A stretch of DNA of 63,715 bases, counting the filler. It is 10 parts of 10 records of this genome, joined end to end, with 100 filler letters (N's around TTAATTAATTAA, not from the genome) between each part and the next. Parts side by side here need not be neighbours in the genome. Positions count along the whole stretch, not along the records: positions 17,330 to 23,391 come from SRR31147125_36661; positions 23,492 to 29,410 come from SRR31147125_36671; positions 29,511 to 36,909 come from SRR31147125_36695; 7 more parts are not named here. The stretch is one strand, 5' to 3'. The translations under genes and the position numbers were made by a program. Shown here piece by piece: positions 21,813 to 32,673 of this stretch. Below the pieces are notes generated by a model, which saw nothing but the letters and a program-made list of their open reading frames with translations, made no database searches and had not been told where the DNA came from. How positions within the stretch are numbered: position 1 is the first letter of the stretch; every line of letters starts with the position of its first letter.

Positions 21813-22573
21813 TTTCGTAATCCTCTTTCTGTGAAAAGATTATCATCCAAAGGAATATTATATTTAACCTCTTTGAATGCTAATTCTGTTTTTGTGTTAT
21901 CGCTTTTGTTAGTCATGATCATCTTCATGCCTGTCGGAATACCATCGATATCTGTAATATCATACTGGACCAGGGATTTTGCTACCCGATCCGGATTGTC
22001 TTCATCATAATATTCTGTGACAACCGGGATGAAATTATCCTTGATAACCCACATGATGATTTTCGCATATGCAGAATTGGATTCGGGCTTTTTCGTCAAT
22101 TCCAGTGTATAGCAATCGTGATTCTCTTTTTTTCATCTTTTAATTTTGTCGCCGTAAAATCAGTGATAAAACTGTCTCCGGAACCCATATCCTCATAGGA
22201 AAAATCACTTCCTTCCATTTTCTGTTTTTTAGCATGAGTTGCTAACTTGCGAACCCGTTTGGTTCTAGCAAAATAGGCCCAGATGTCATCCGCGTCATTT
22301 AGCATAAGTATTTTTTGACCCTTGACTCGTTTCGGCAGTAAATAGACCATCAGATTTTTTCTCTCCGTTATCCGCGCTGTAGGAGAGATACTCAAAAGTG
22401 CGTAATTGACCGGATGAGGTTGTAATGGTCATGGTCATTGTTGCCTGACAGGATTGCTGGGTGAGAAGTTCATTCACTTTTTGAATGATCTGATCACCTG
22501 TGAGATCCTGAGCGAAAAGACAGGGTGACAAATATAAAAGCGTTATTAAAAAAGCGGAATATATTTTTTTCAT
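21809..22573 (-). CDS. LolA-like outer-membrane lipoprotein-sorting protein (two compensating homopolymer frameshifts)
   Basis: PKRVKG, WAYFARTKRVRK, GSDFSYEDM, LFTERGL; shifts at 22355-22360 and 22127-22133. Confidence 0.85.
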
Positions 22574-22623
22574 GTTAACCTCCTGACGAAATTACCTGTG
22601 ATAAATTTATATATAAATGCTAC

Positions 22624-23231
22624 CTATACTAAAATACCTTCCAACAGACTGTTTAGTGATGTTGTATAAGCTTCGTGAAGATTAAATGCATCACGATCGA
22701 CGAGCCATTGCAAAAAGATCCCATCCAATAGTGCGATGAGTGTGCTGGCAATGACCTGAGTGTTTATCGGTTTGATACGCCCCTGTTGAATGCCTTCCTC
22801 CAATATGCCGGAAAAGAGGTGACGAAAATCTCTATAAATACTGCCCAAATCGAGAGTTTTTAAAATATCCGGATTTTTACTTCGAACACCTTCGGCCCAC
22901 AAATCCAGCATAAACTCGGCAAATTCGCTGGATTCTTCTACAAACAGGATATAACTTTTTTCTATGATAAGTCTCAGTTTTTTGACAGGATCCTGCTCTT
23001 GCTGCAACAATTCATTAATTTGGATCTCGAAATTAGTAAGAATAGAAACGCAAGCTGCATTAAATAACTCCTCTTTACTTTTATAATATTCGTAAATGGT
23101 GCCTTTACCAATACCTGCTTCCAAAGCAATATCCGCCATCTTGGTTGTAACTAACCCGGATCTGGAAAAAACCTTTATGGCAGCCTGGACTATGTCGCGT
23201 TTTTTTCTTCTTTATTAACTAATCTAGGCAT
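22624..23231 (-). CDS. TetR/AcrR regulator (frameshift in A7 run at 23200-23206)
   Basis: HTH MADIALEAGIGKGTIYEYY; true start MPRLVNKEEKKRDI with GGAG RBS once one A is added. Confidence 0.9.
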
Positions 23232-23247
23232 TTAAATCTCCTTTTTA

Positions 23248-23265
23248 TGACCGACCGTTCAGTCA
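23248..23265. promoter_or_regulatory. Candidate TetR operator
   Basis: TGACCGACCGTTCAGTCA imperfect palindrome just upstream of the TetR RBS. Confidence 0.65.
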
Positions 23266-23491
23266 AATATAATATAATAGATTCTTATTGTCAAGAAAAA
23301 TCGGTTTTTTTATCTTAACTTCTAAAAACAAAAATGCATCTCATGGTGATGGACTGGCATTAAATGCATATTCCGGTAAAACTTGCCACTGNNNNNNNNN
23401 NNNNNNNNNNNNNNNNNNNNNNNNNNNNNNNNNNNTTAATTAATTAANNNNNNNNNNNNNNNNNNNNNNNNNNNNNNNNNNNNNNNNNNNN

Positions 23492-23719
23492 GGGCTTGAC
23501 CCTATTCACCTTGGCGCAATTGTCGTTCTGAACTTTGCAATTGGCATGGCAACACCTCCATTTGGTTACTCGCTTTTCATCGGCTCGGCGATCAGCAAGT
23601 TGTCTATCGAGGAAGTCTCCAAGGCATTGTGGCCAATGCTGGCTGTGAAGATAATTGTGCTGTTATTGGTAACCTATGTTCCTTTTATTACTCTGACGTT
23701 ACCGTCGTTACTGAAATAG
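23492..23719 (+). CDS. dctM: TRAP transporter large permease, 5' truncated
   Basis: GLDPIHLG...IGMATPPFGYSLF...LVTYVPFITLTLP; not in the ORF track. Confidence 0.88.
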   Translation, partial: GLDPIHLGAIVVLNFAIGMATPPFGYSLFIGSAISKLSIEEVSKALWPMLAVKIIVLLLVTYVPFITLTLPSLLK

Positions 23720-23733
23720 GTGGCAAATACACT

Positions 23734-23755
23734 CGGGGTGCATTGACGCACCCCG
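23734..23755. other. GC-rich intergenic hairpin
   Basis: CGGGGTGC-ATTGAC-GCACCCCG with no T-tail. Confidence 0.45.
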
Positions 23756-23782
23756 GGACCATAGATATTAAGGACAAAAGCA

Positions 23783-25201
23783 ATGCTCGACACCAAGATA
23801 GTCACCGAACTTCAACAGATATGCGGCAAGGACCACGTCACCACCGAAAAAGCCGACCGGATCTGCTATTCCTATGACGCCACCCAGAAGCAGTTCCTGC
23901 CCGATGTCGTCGTTCACCCCGTCACAAGCGACGAGATCAGCAAGATCATGAAGCTGGCCAACCGGTACGAAGTCCCGGTCTTCCCGCGCGGAGCCGGCAG
24001 CGGCTTCACCGGCGGCAGCCTGCCGGTCACCGGCGGCATCGTTTTAGGGCTGACCCGTTTGGATCAAATCATCGAGATCGACGAGGAGAACCTGGTCGCC
24101 ACCGTCGAGCCGGGCCTAGTCACCGAAGACTTCCAGAAAGCGGTCGAAAAGGTCGGCCTGTTCTATCCACCCGATCCCGCATCGCTTAAGATGTCGACCC
24201 TGGGCGGTAACGTCGCCGAATGCGCCGGCGGCCCACGCTGCGTCAAGTACGGCGTCACCAAGGACTACATCATCGGCCTTGAGATCGTCACTCCGACCGG
24301 CGACATCATCAAGACCGGCGGACCGACCATGAAGGGCGTCGTCGGTTACGACCTGACCAAATTGATCTGCGGCTCCGAGGGCACCCTGGCGGTCATCAGC
24401 AAGATCATCATCAAGCTGCTGCCCAAGCCCGAAGGCAAGAAGACCATGCTGGTCCTGTTCGACTCCATCGACGGCGCCGCCAAAGCGGTCTCCGCCATCA
24501 TCAAGAACAAGATCATCCCCACCACCCTAGAATTCATGGACGGCCGCACCCTTAACTGTGTCCGCGAAGCCACCGACCTCGATGTCACCGACGCCGCCAA
24601 AGCCGTCCTCATTATCGAAGTTGACGGCGACAAGGAATTTCTCGACAAACAGGCTCAGCGCATCTCCGAGATCGTCAAGCCCTTTGGCGTCGTTGAAACC
24701 CGCATCGCCGAGACCCCGGCCGAGAGCGACGCGTTGTGGCAGATCCGCCGCTCCGTCTCCGCGTCCTTACGCCGGGTCAACCCCGACAAGTTCAACGAGG
24801 ATATCTGCGTACCCCGCTCCAAGGTGCCCGAGATGATCCGCCGCATCGACGAGATCTCCGACCGCCTCGATGTCCCTATCGTCAACTTCGGTCACGCTGG
24901 AGACGGCAACATCCACGTCAACATCATGATCGACGGTAAGGTCGAAGACGAAAACGAAAAAGCCGAACAGGCCATCGAAGAAGTCTTCAAGGGCGCCCTT
25001 GAACTCGGCGGCACCATGAGCGGCGAACACGGTGTCGGCATCATGAAGGCCCCCTACATTCCCCTGGAGCTGGCCGACACCGCCGTCGACTACATGAAAA
25101 CGATCAAAAAAGCCCTCGACCCCAAGAACATCCTTAACCCGGGTAAGATGTTTCCCAGTGACAAAAATAAAGAATATAGAATCCAGAATTTAGAAGGATA
25201 G
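23783..25201 (+). CDS. glcD: Glycolate/D-lactate oxidase FAD-binding subunit
   Basis: PRGAGSG, YPPDPAS, GSEGTL, GHAGDGNIH, SGEHGVG, LNPGK. Confidence 0.92.
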   Translation: MLDTKIVTELQQICGKDHVTTEKADRICYSYDATQKQFLPDVVVHPVTSDEISKIMKLANRYEVPVFPRGAGSGFTGGSLPVTGGIVLGLTRLDQIIEIDEENLVATVEPGLVTEDFQKAVEKVGLFYPPDPASLKMSTLGGNVAECAGGPRCVKYGVTKDYIIGLEIVTPTGDIIKTGGPTMKGVVGYDLTKLICGSEGTLAVISKIIIKLLPKPEGKKTMLVLFDSIDGAAKAVSAIIKNKIIPTTLEFMDGRTLNCVREATDLDVTDAAKAVLIIEVDGDKEFLDKQAQRISEIVKPFGVVETRIAETPAESDALWQIRRSVSASLRRVNPDKFNEDICVPRSKVPEMIRRIDEISDRLDVPIVNFGHAGDGNIHVNIMIDGKVEDENEKAEQAIEEVFKGALELGGTMSGEHGVGIMKAPYIPLELADTAVDYMKTIKKALDPKNILNPGKMFPSDKNKEYRIQNLEG

Positions 25202-25239
25202 AAGGCAAAAGCTTGATGTTTCTTCTGAATTCTATATTC
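25172..25239. repeat. 17-bp inverted repeat built from AGAATnn heptamers
   Basis: GAATATAGAATCCAGAA versus TTCTGAATTCTATATTC, one mismatch. Confidence 0.7.
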
Positions 25240-25257
25240 CAGGATTTATAAATTATT

Positions 25258-26514
25258 ATGGCCAAGTTAAAAACACTCGAAGACTATTGTGAAGAGATCG
25301 AACACTGCGTCAAGTGCGGCGCCTGCCGCGCCCACTGCCCCGCATTCGGTGCCGAAAAGCATGAAGGGCGGGTCGCTAGAGGCAAGATCGCCCTGGCCGA
25401 CGCCCTGCTCAAAGGGGATGTCGATCTCGAAGAGCAGTTCCTGCTCGATATGAGCCAGTGCCTGCTGTGCGGCAGCTGCTATTCCCAGTGCCCCAACAAG
25501 GTCCACACCGAAGAGATCGTCGCTGCCACCCGCAGAGAGATCGCCAGCCGCAAAGGGCAGTCGACCTTCGGCCTCGGTGTCTCCACCGTCCTTAAGCACC
25601 CAAAGCTGATGAACCTGCTGGCCAAGACCGGCGGTAAGCTTTCGGGCCTGATCTTCAAGAAGCTGCCCGAAGACAGCGGTATGCGTCTGCGCTTTCCCGC
25701 GCCCTTCATCAGCTCTGACCGCACATTACCGGCAGTGGCCGCCAAACCCTTCAGAGAGCGTCACCCCGAGTTCATCAAGGAAGACGAGAAACAGCCGACT
25801 GTCCTCTTCTTCACCGGCTGCGGTATCAACTATATGTACCCGGAAAGCGGCGACGCCTTGCTCAAGGCACTTCAGTTCCTCGGTATCAATATTATCATCC
25901 CAAAAGATCAGGTCTGCTGCGGACTGCCCGCCGTTTCCTCCGGAGCGACCGATACCGTCGAGAGCCTGGCCAATGAGAATCTCAAGATGTTCTCGAACCA
26001 CGAGTACGACACCATCGTCACCGCCTGTGCCTCCTGCCACTCCGGCCTCACCCAGATCTACCCCGGCATGGAGGGTGACCTCGGTGATTACCAAGACAAG
26101 GTCAAGGACATTTTCGTCTTCCTGGTCGAGCAGGGCCTTGCCGACAAACTGAATGAACTGCCCAAGAGTGATAATCCGATCAAGGTCACCTACCACGACC
26201 CCTGCCATCTGCGAAACCACGGCATCACCAAGGAGCCGCGAGCCATTCTCAAGGCATTGCCGCAGGTTGACTATGTCGAGATGGAAAACGCTGGCAGTTG
26301 CTGTGGCCTGGGAGGCACCTATTCGGTCTACCACTATGACACAGCCAAGAAGATCGGGGCCAAAAAGGCAAGCTTCATCGCAGAGAGCGGCGCCGACCTG
26401 GTCGCCACCGACTGCCCCGGCTGCATCATGCAGCTGCAGGACAGCATCAACCACGCCGAGGGTCAGCAGAAGCCGGTGCATATCCTTGATCTGGTGGCTG
26501 AGGCGTTGGGTTAA
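25258..26514 (+). CDS. glcF: Glycolate oxidase Fe-S subunit
   Basis: Two CxxCxxCxxxCP motifs plus two CCG domains (VCCG, HDPCH, SCCG, DCPGC). Confidence 0.9.
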   Translation: MAKLKTLEDYCEEIEHCVKCGACRAHCPAFGAEKHEGRVARGKIALADALLKGDVDLEEQFLLDMSQCLLCGSCYSQCPNKVHTEEIVAATRREIASRKGQSTFGLGVSTVLKHPKLMNLLAKTGGKLSGLIFKKLPEDSGMRLRFPAPFISSDRTLPAVAAKPFRERHPEFIKEDEKQPTVLFFTGCGINYMYPESGDALLKALQFLGINIIIPKDQVCCGLPAVSSGATDTVESLANENLKMFSNHEYDTIVTACASCHSGLTQIYPGMEGDLGDYQDKVKDIFVFLVEQGLADKLNELPKSDNPIKVTYHDPCHLRNHGITKEPRAILKALPQVDYVEMENAGSCCGLGGTYSVYHYDTAKKIGAKKASFIAESGADLVATDCPGCIMQLQDSINHAEGQQKPVHILDLVAEALG

Positions 26515-26652
26515 AGTACAGATAATTTGAGTCACCAACCAGCCTTAGCCATATCTCAGCAAACTTCGAGGAGATGTAGTCTTTCCGGCCATTGACCAGT
26601 TCGGTGATCCCCCCAGATAGACAAGATAAACGATTCAAAAAGAGGCATCGTT

Positions 26653-27528
26653 TTGGAATATCATCCTTTGTTAAAAAACGCTTTTGATCTTCACTGCCAT
26701 CCGGCCCCCAGCATTTTCCCGCGTAAGCAGAATGATTGGGAGCTAGTTGACGACCTTCTCGCTGCTGAAATGGCTGGTGCCGTAATTAAGGCGCATGAAG
26801 CCCCCACAACTGATCGTGCAACTTTAATACGACTAAAGTATCCCAAACTGCATCTATACGGTGGGCTTGCTTGCAATTATTTTACCGGAGGTTTATTGCC
26901 CTCAGCAGTTGATGCAGCTATTTGCGCGGGTGCTAAAATAATCTGGATGCCGACGTTTTCCGCTCAACAACACCAGGAGCATTTTGCCAAACAAAGTGGA
27001 CGCTTATTCACTAGCGATAAAGCGCTCGTTCACCCATCACAGGGATTAGAAATTTGGGATAAAGACAAGGAACTTAAGCAGGAGGTGCATGAGATTCTGG
27101 AGTTAATCGCAGCGGCTGGTATTATTCTGGCAACCGGCCATCTGAATCCTGCCGAGGTAGTGGCTCTATTTGACGCAGCGATTGAACATAAAGTTGAAAA
27201 GATACTGATCCAACACCCCGATACAAGTATTGCTAAAGTGCCCCTAGAACTACAGCGAAACTTTGTTCGCAAAGGGGCTATTCTTGAGAAATGCTACCTT
27301 TCATGCAGCAGTGATTTTAATGATCTAACAGTTGACGAAATGGCCGAGCATATCCATTCGTTTGGTGCAGAGTCCTGTGTTTTAGTGACCGACTACGGCC
27401 AACCGCACAATCCACCACCGGTAACAGGGTTAAACGATTTTGTCACCGGTTTGCTTACTGCTGGTACCAGTGAACAAGAAATTGAGAGGATGATTGTATC
27501 TAACCCACGCATGCTGCTTGATATTTGA
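26653..27528 (+). CDS. Amidohydrolase-fold protein (DUF6282-like)
   Basis: DLHCHPAP, IKAHE, WMPT, ATGH, QHP, TDYGQ. Confidence 0.75.
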   Translation: MEYHPLLKNAFDLHCHPAPSIFPRKQNDWELVDDLLAAEMAGAVIKAHEAPTTDRATLIRLKYPKLHLYGGLACNYFTGGLLPSAVDAAICAGAKIIWMPTFSAQQHQEHFAKQSGRLFTSDKALVHPSQGLEIWDKDKELKQEVHEILELIAAAGIILATGHLNPAEVVALFDAAIEHKVEKILIQHPDTSIAKVPLELQRNFVRKGAILEKCYLSCSSDFNDLTVDEMAEHIHSFGAESCVLVTDYGQPHNPPPVTGLNDFVTGLLTAGTSEQEIERMIVSNPRMLLDI

Positions 27529-27615
27529 CCCTCCCTACGCTGTAGCCCTCAAAGAAGGTTTGAAGAGAAGGGATCTAACCCTGTCCACTAACTCATCCTT
27601 TAACTTTTTCACATC

Positions 27616-27656
27616 AAAAAAGCCTCACCCGCCCTTCACGGGCGTGTGAAGTCTTT
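27616..27656 (-). terminator. Terminator between convergent genes
   Basis: TCACCCGCCC...GGGCGTGTGA stem next to an A6 run. Confidence 0.55.
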
Positions 27657-27667
27657 CCACCGGCGGA

Positions 27668-28138
27668 TTACTTTTCCAACGCCGTCACACCGGTTCGTGC
27701 GATTTCGATAATATGCTCCTGACCGACCTCGTCAAGGAACGCATCAATTTTGCGGGTTGATCCAGCGACCTGAAGAATATGGACATCATCGCTTTTCTGC
27801 TCCAGGACCTCAAAATTATAACGCCCGTGAAACGCCTCAAGGTGCGAGGCATCAACCTCCATCTTGACGACAGCAACTTCCCGCCAGTAGCTGTGATCCG
27901 TATCCAGCTCATTCGCAGAGATCACTTCGGTAAATTTCTCCAGCTGTTTGATCACCTGGGTGACTTTTGCTTCATCGTTTTCTTCCAGAGTGATGGTCAT
28001 ACGACTGACACCCGGAATACGAGATTTACAGACCGTCAGCGTGTCAACGTTGTACATTTTTTTACGGATGAGCATTGAAATCTTGTTCAACACGCCCGGA
28101 TGGTCAAGGGTAAATGCCAGAATCGCTCGTCGCTTCAT
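27668..28138 (-). CDS. ilvH: Acetolactate synthase small subunit
   Basis: ACT domain DHPGVL...YNVDTL...SRMTI; EIARTG. Confidence 0.9.
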   Translation of the reverse strand: MKRRAILAFTLDHPGVLNKISMLIRKKMYNVDTLTVCKSRIPGVSRMTITLEENDEAKVTQVIKQLEKFTEVISANELDTDHSYWREVAVVKMEVDASHLEAFHGRYNFEVLEQKSDDVHILQVAGSTRKIDAFLDEVGQEHIIEIARTGVTALEK

Positions 28139-29410
28139 GCTGCCTCTCCTTCAATTGGCTGGTCCTTCTGATCTTTCTTCGGGTGTTTGACGAGCATATC
28201 CTCAAACCCTCCGCCGGACGGAATCATCGGCAGGATAACTTCTGCCGGATCACAAACAAACTCAACAATAATTGCTCCTTTGTGCTCCATCGCTTCCTTC
28301 AGGGCCGGTTCAACATCCTGCAGTTTTTCAACCCGACGATGCGGAATTCCGTAGGCACTGGCCAGCTTGCCAAAGTCAGGGCTCACCATCGGCGTTCCGG
28401 CGTAGCAGCCATCAAAGAAGAAGGTCTGCCACTGGCGCACCATGCCTAGGTAACCGTTATTCAGAATAAGGATTTTAACATCAAGCTGATGTTCCATGAT
28501 GACCCCCAACTCCTGGGCGTTCATCTGGAAGCCACCGTCACCGCTGATCGACCAGACCCGTTCGTCCGGACGTGCCATCTTGACGCCCAGAGCCATCGGC
28601 AGCGAGCAACCCATTGTCCCGGCACCTCCGGAAGCAAACCAGCTGTTTTCCGTCTGATAATTGTAGAAGCGGCTCGCCATCATCTGGTGCTGACCAACAT
28701 CCGGCACGATCAGATCTTTCCCCTCGGTGACATTGGACAAAGTATGGATGATCGTCTTCATCAGCAACTTGTTATCATCGCCGACACCGGTTTCGATCTC
28801 TTCGCGCAGATCATCCGCCATGACACTGCGGAATTTTTCAATTTTTTCAAACCAGCGCTTGCGCGGCTTGCAGGTAAGCATCGGGTCCCCCATAAGAACA
28901 TGCAGGGTCCGATAAACATCGGCATTGATCGCTACGCTGGTGCGAACATTCTTGTCAATTTCTGACGGATCGATCTCAACGTGGATGACATCGGCATTCT
29001 GGGCATACTCATTCAACTTCCCGGTGACCCGGTCATCGAAACGCATACCGAAGGAAATCAACAGATCCGCTTCCATAATCGCGCGATTCGCTTCAACCGT
29101 TCCGTGCATTCCCATCATACCCAGATTCAATGGGTGATCCGCTGGGATTGCGGAAATCCCATGGAACGTACAGGCAACTGGAATGTTAACCTTTTCAGCA
29201 AACTTGCGCAGCAGTGACCCAGCGTTGCTGTTGATAACGCCATGGCCACAGAACATGACCGGACGCTCGCTCTTGTTGATCAGCTCAATTGCTTTTTGAA
29301 CGGGGTCGCGCTCTGGCGTTGGTGTGTAAAAGTAGCCAGGAAGATGTGGCTTGTAGTTTTTCGCATCGAAATTATAGTTATCCGAGACATTTTCATTCTG
29401 AGTGTCTTTT
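28135..29410 (-). CDS. ilvB: Acetolactate synthase large subunit, 5' truncated
   Basis: GMMGMHG, RFDDRVTG, DVGQHQM, GDGGFQMN...NN, GMVRQWQ; frame stays open to the contig end. Confidence 0.95.
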
Positions 29411-29510
29411 NNNNNNNNNNNNNNNNNNNNNNNNNNNNNNNNNNNNNNNNNNNNTTAATTAATTAANNNNNNNNNNNNNNNNNNNNNNNNNNNNNNNNNN
29501 NNNNNNNNNN

Positions 29511-29868
29511 GAGTTCCTCCTGCAAACAAGATAACTTTTTCTGTTGATCTTGAGTTCAAACCAGGCAATTTAGTCGTGAGCACTGCATGACGAAGTGATC
29601 CGTCATTATGCAAAACTCGCTGATCAATCTGCAGAGGTATAATGGTACCATCAATTAATTTAGCACCCAAACTATAGACATTAGAGATATCCTTCTTTTT
29701 AAAGACCTGGCCAAATGTTACATAAAGATCCTGTTGCGATACGCCAGCCGTTTCACGGATATCAATCTCAACAATATCAGTTCCAAAAATCTGACCCGGC
29801 TTTGAGAAACAAACAAAGGCAAGGATAACAAAAATCATCCAAAATTTATTTTTAGAATATAGGCTCAA
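29511..29868 (-). CDS. Secreted protein, N-terminus only (lyase-associated barrel-like domain)
   Basis: Signal peptide, VTFGQVF...DGSLRHAVLT motif. Confidence 0.5.
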
Positions 29869-29897
29869 AATCGACTCTTATAAAAGTTTCAAATTTA

Positions 29898-32377
29898 CTA
29901 TTTAATTAACATAATTTTATATTTTACAGACGCATTATTCCCTCTGTCCAAAAGAACTATATACTGTCCGCTACCAAGTTGTTTTGCATCGAATTTTACA
30001 GTGTATTCGCCCGGCTCCTTAACTTGATTAGAAATAAGAGATCTAACAAGTTTTCCTGTAACATCATAAATATTCAAAGTTATTGCCGATCTGTCCAGGA
30101 TTGTATATTGAATTGTTGTCGATAAATTGAAAGGATTCGGGAATGCACTTAACAACTGAAACCGCTCTGGATTAACTGAATCATCAATATGAGTTGAGAA
30201 ATCTTTATATTCATAAGCGCCAATATCAATATTACCTGATAAATCTCTTGTTTCGCTATTAGCTGGATGTTTATATTGTGACTCAGGAGTTAGATTAAAT
30301 CCATCTACAGTACCAGGATCCGTCCCGGCGTTAATAGCTGGAGAATTTTCATCAAGGTGATAATCAAAAGTAGCTCTACTTTTGAGCCCCGGATTGTTCG
30401 ACTGAATATTTGTGATCTGGTTACCTGGTCCGACCTGAGGGTTACCCACGCCGACAAATAGATTATTTATAATCTCAACCGGTTGAGAACCAGGAGCTAC
30501 ATAGATAAAAGTACCAGAATCACTGTCATTAACTATCGTATTATTAACCACATAGAGATCTTTCCAGGGATAACTTAAACTTTCTGCACCATATGAAATA
30601 ATGGTAGAATTATCATTAAACGGCCCTTGTTGTATTAGATTTCCAATGATATATGATGAACCCCCATCCGGAATATCAATTATATAACTTGAAGTACCGG
30701 ATTGCTCATCCATGATGCGATTATAGAGTATATAATTTTCTTTTGCCCGAGTTTTGACATTATGTCCAATCTTTGCATGATGGATATAATTGTATCGCAA
30801 AACAAATTCATCAGCATCTAAAATATACATATTATGAGTATAACCATCCCCGTATCCATTATTCGAAAATTCAGAATATTCAATTAAAATTTCCCCACCA
30901 TCATTGGGTCCCAAAATACCATTCTCGTTATCATGAAAATAACAATGTCTCACTGTTAAATTTGAGCCTTCTTGCCTTATTCCAGCACCATTTCTATCAG
31001 GAACTTTTGCCCCTGAAAATTCTATATTCTCTATAGTTGTATTGTTACCTTGTATGACCCATATTCCCTTGCCGACTGCATGTCTTCCATTGGCTTCCAA
31101 ATGAGCATATCCACCGACCCCCGGATGGTCAGATTATTTTGAGTCCAAACAGCTACATCGCCAGAGTAGAGACCGGCATCAATTTCAATGACATCATTAT
31201 CTTCGGCAACCATTGCAGCCTGGCTTGGCATTTTATACTCTCTTCCGCTGCCGACTCTAAGCGTGTCTGGTAACAAATCCCAATCGCTACTACCTGACGT
31301 GTTTTTATAAAAATAGACATTCTCGTCAACATCTGTGACTGCAATAAATGCATTATAACCTGGGAGATAAGCAAATCTCCCAAATATTCCATTATTTGAT
31401 TTTTTGGGGGCACCTGGCACATTAAGAACTTCCCATGTTTTATTATCCATATCCAACGAGTAAATTTCAGCTCCATTCCAGCCAATAACCCGGTCAGCCA
31501 CAGGATCATAAGCCAATCCTGGCGCATAAGCATTTACAATAGCATTACCACCTGCTGTTGACCATGATTGCCGTCTATAACTACCACTTTTAATATTTCG
31601 GACACCAACATCCCCATTACCGACCTCAACTAATAATCCGCGTTTGGTATCGATTGTACAACTTAGAGCAGGCCAGCTAATTTCTTGATTATCCAAATTA
31701 GTCCAAATGTTATTATCATAGTCGTAACTATAAAGCCGTGAATGCCAAAACAAAAAGACTTTTTTTGAAAAAGGATCATAAACAGAGTATTCATCCAGCA
31801 AATCCCAACTCGGTGCATTGCCACGAGGATTCATATCGTACCACTTTTTGCCATCCGAATCAAAAGTCCAGGTTTTATTACTACCATTTCCATTATAACA
31901 CGCCAGGGATCCCCCATGCGCAAATAACCTGTCTGCATGGGCAATAAAAGCAATTCCACCATAAGTGTGCCTGGAATTTGGTCTTCCATCAGATAAGACC
32001 TCAAGGCATTGTCCGGGTGGAGCTGGCTGTGAAGGCTGTGTTAATAATTCCCAGGATAATGTTTCTAAATGAAATGCATATAATTCATTTCCATAATAAT
32101 CATTGTGTCCTCCTCCCCAAATAAGAAACATTTGACGATTCGGGTCATAGGTTCCGCCTCCCCACGCATCAATCACACAAGAACAATCACATGCACCCTG
32201 AAAAATCTCTTCAGGCATATCCGGGCAAACCTGGCGCATATTTGAATTTGGAACCTGGTACCAACTTTTTGCGGGAAGATTATTAAGAATTGTAACACCC
32301 TGGGCGAATAATTGATAACATAGGAACAAAATTATAAAAACAAATTGATAAAAATATTTTGTCATTGCATACTCCAT
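29898..32377 (-). CDS. Secreted Kelch-like propeller plus parallel beta-helix plus T9SS-type C-terminal domain (frameshift in G5 run at 31118-31122)
   Basis: WGGGHNDY and SRHTYGG; one added G gives TIRGVGGYAHLEANG; NGAGIR, HDNENG, DIGAYE, FPNPFN...IYDVTG. Confidence 0.8.
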
Positions 32378-32673
32378 TAAATAAGTAAAATGACAACAAT
32401 CATATCCAAGTCAAAACATTCATCAATCATGCCACTTTTTAGGATATTCTATAGGTATATAAAGATTAAACGCTTAGAAAAAGTAGCAAGATTGTTTTTT
32501 TAACGCCCCTTATACAAATATGTAAACCACTTACAATAATGAGATATGATTTAGAAGGCTTGTATGATCATTATAGCGTTTGATAACATATTATTTACTC
32601 ATCACATTGTTTTGCAAATAAAAAGAAATTTGAAAAAATAATAAATGTATATGAGCAGAAAAAATAAAAGATA

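Noticed and set aside
20008-23231. Programmed frameshifting or phase variation at A-runs
   Set aside because: Shifts occur in both directions, across many taxa and gene types, with no stimulatory structure; sequencing error is more parsimonious
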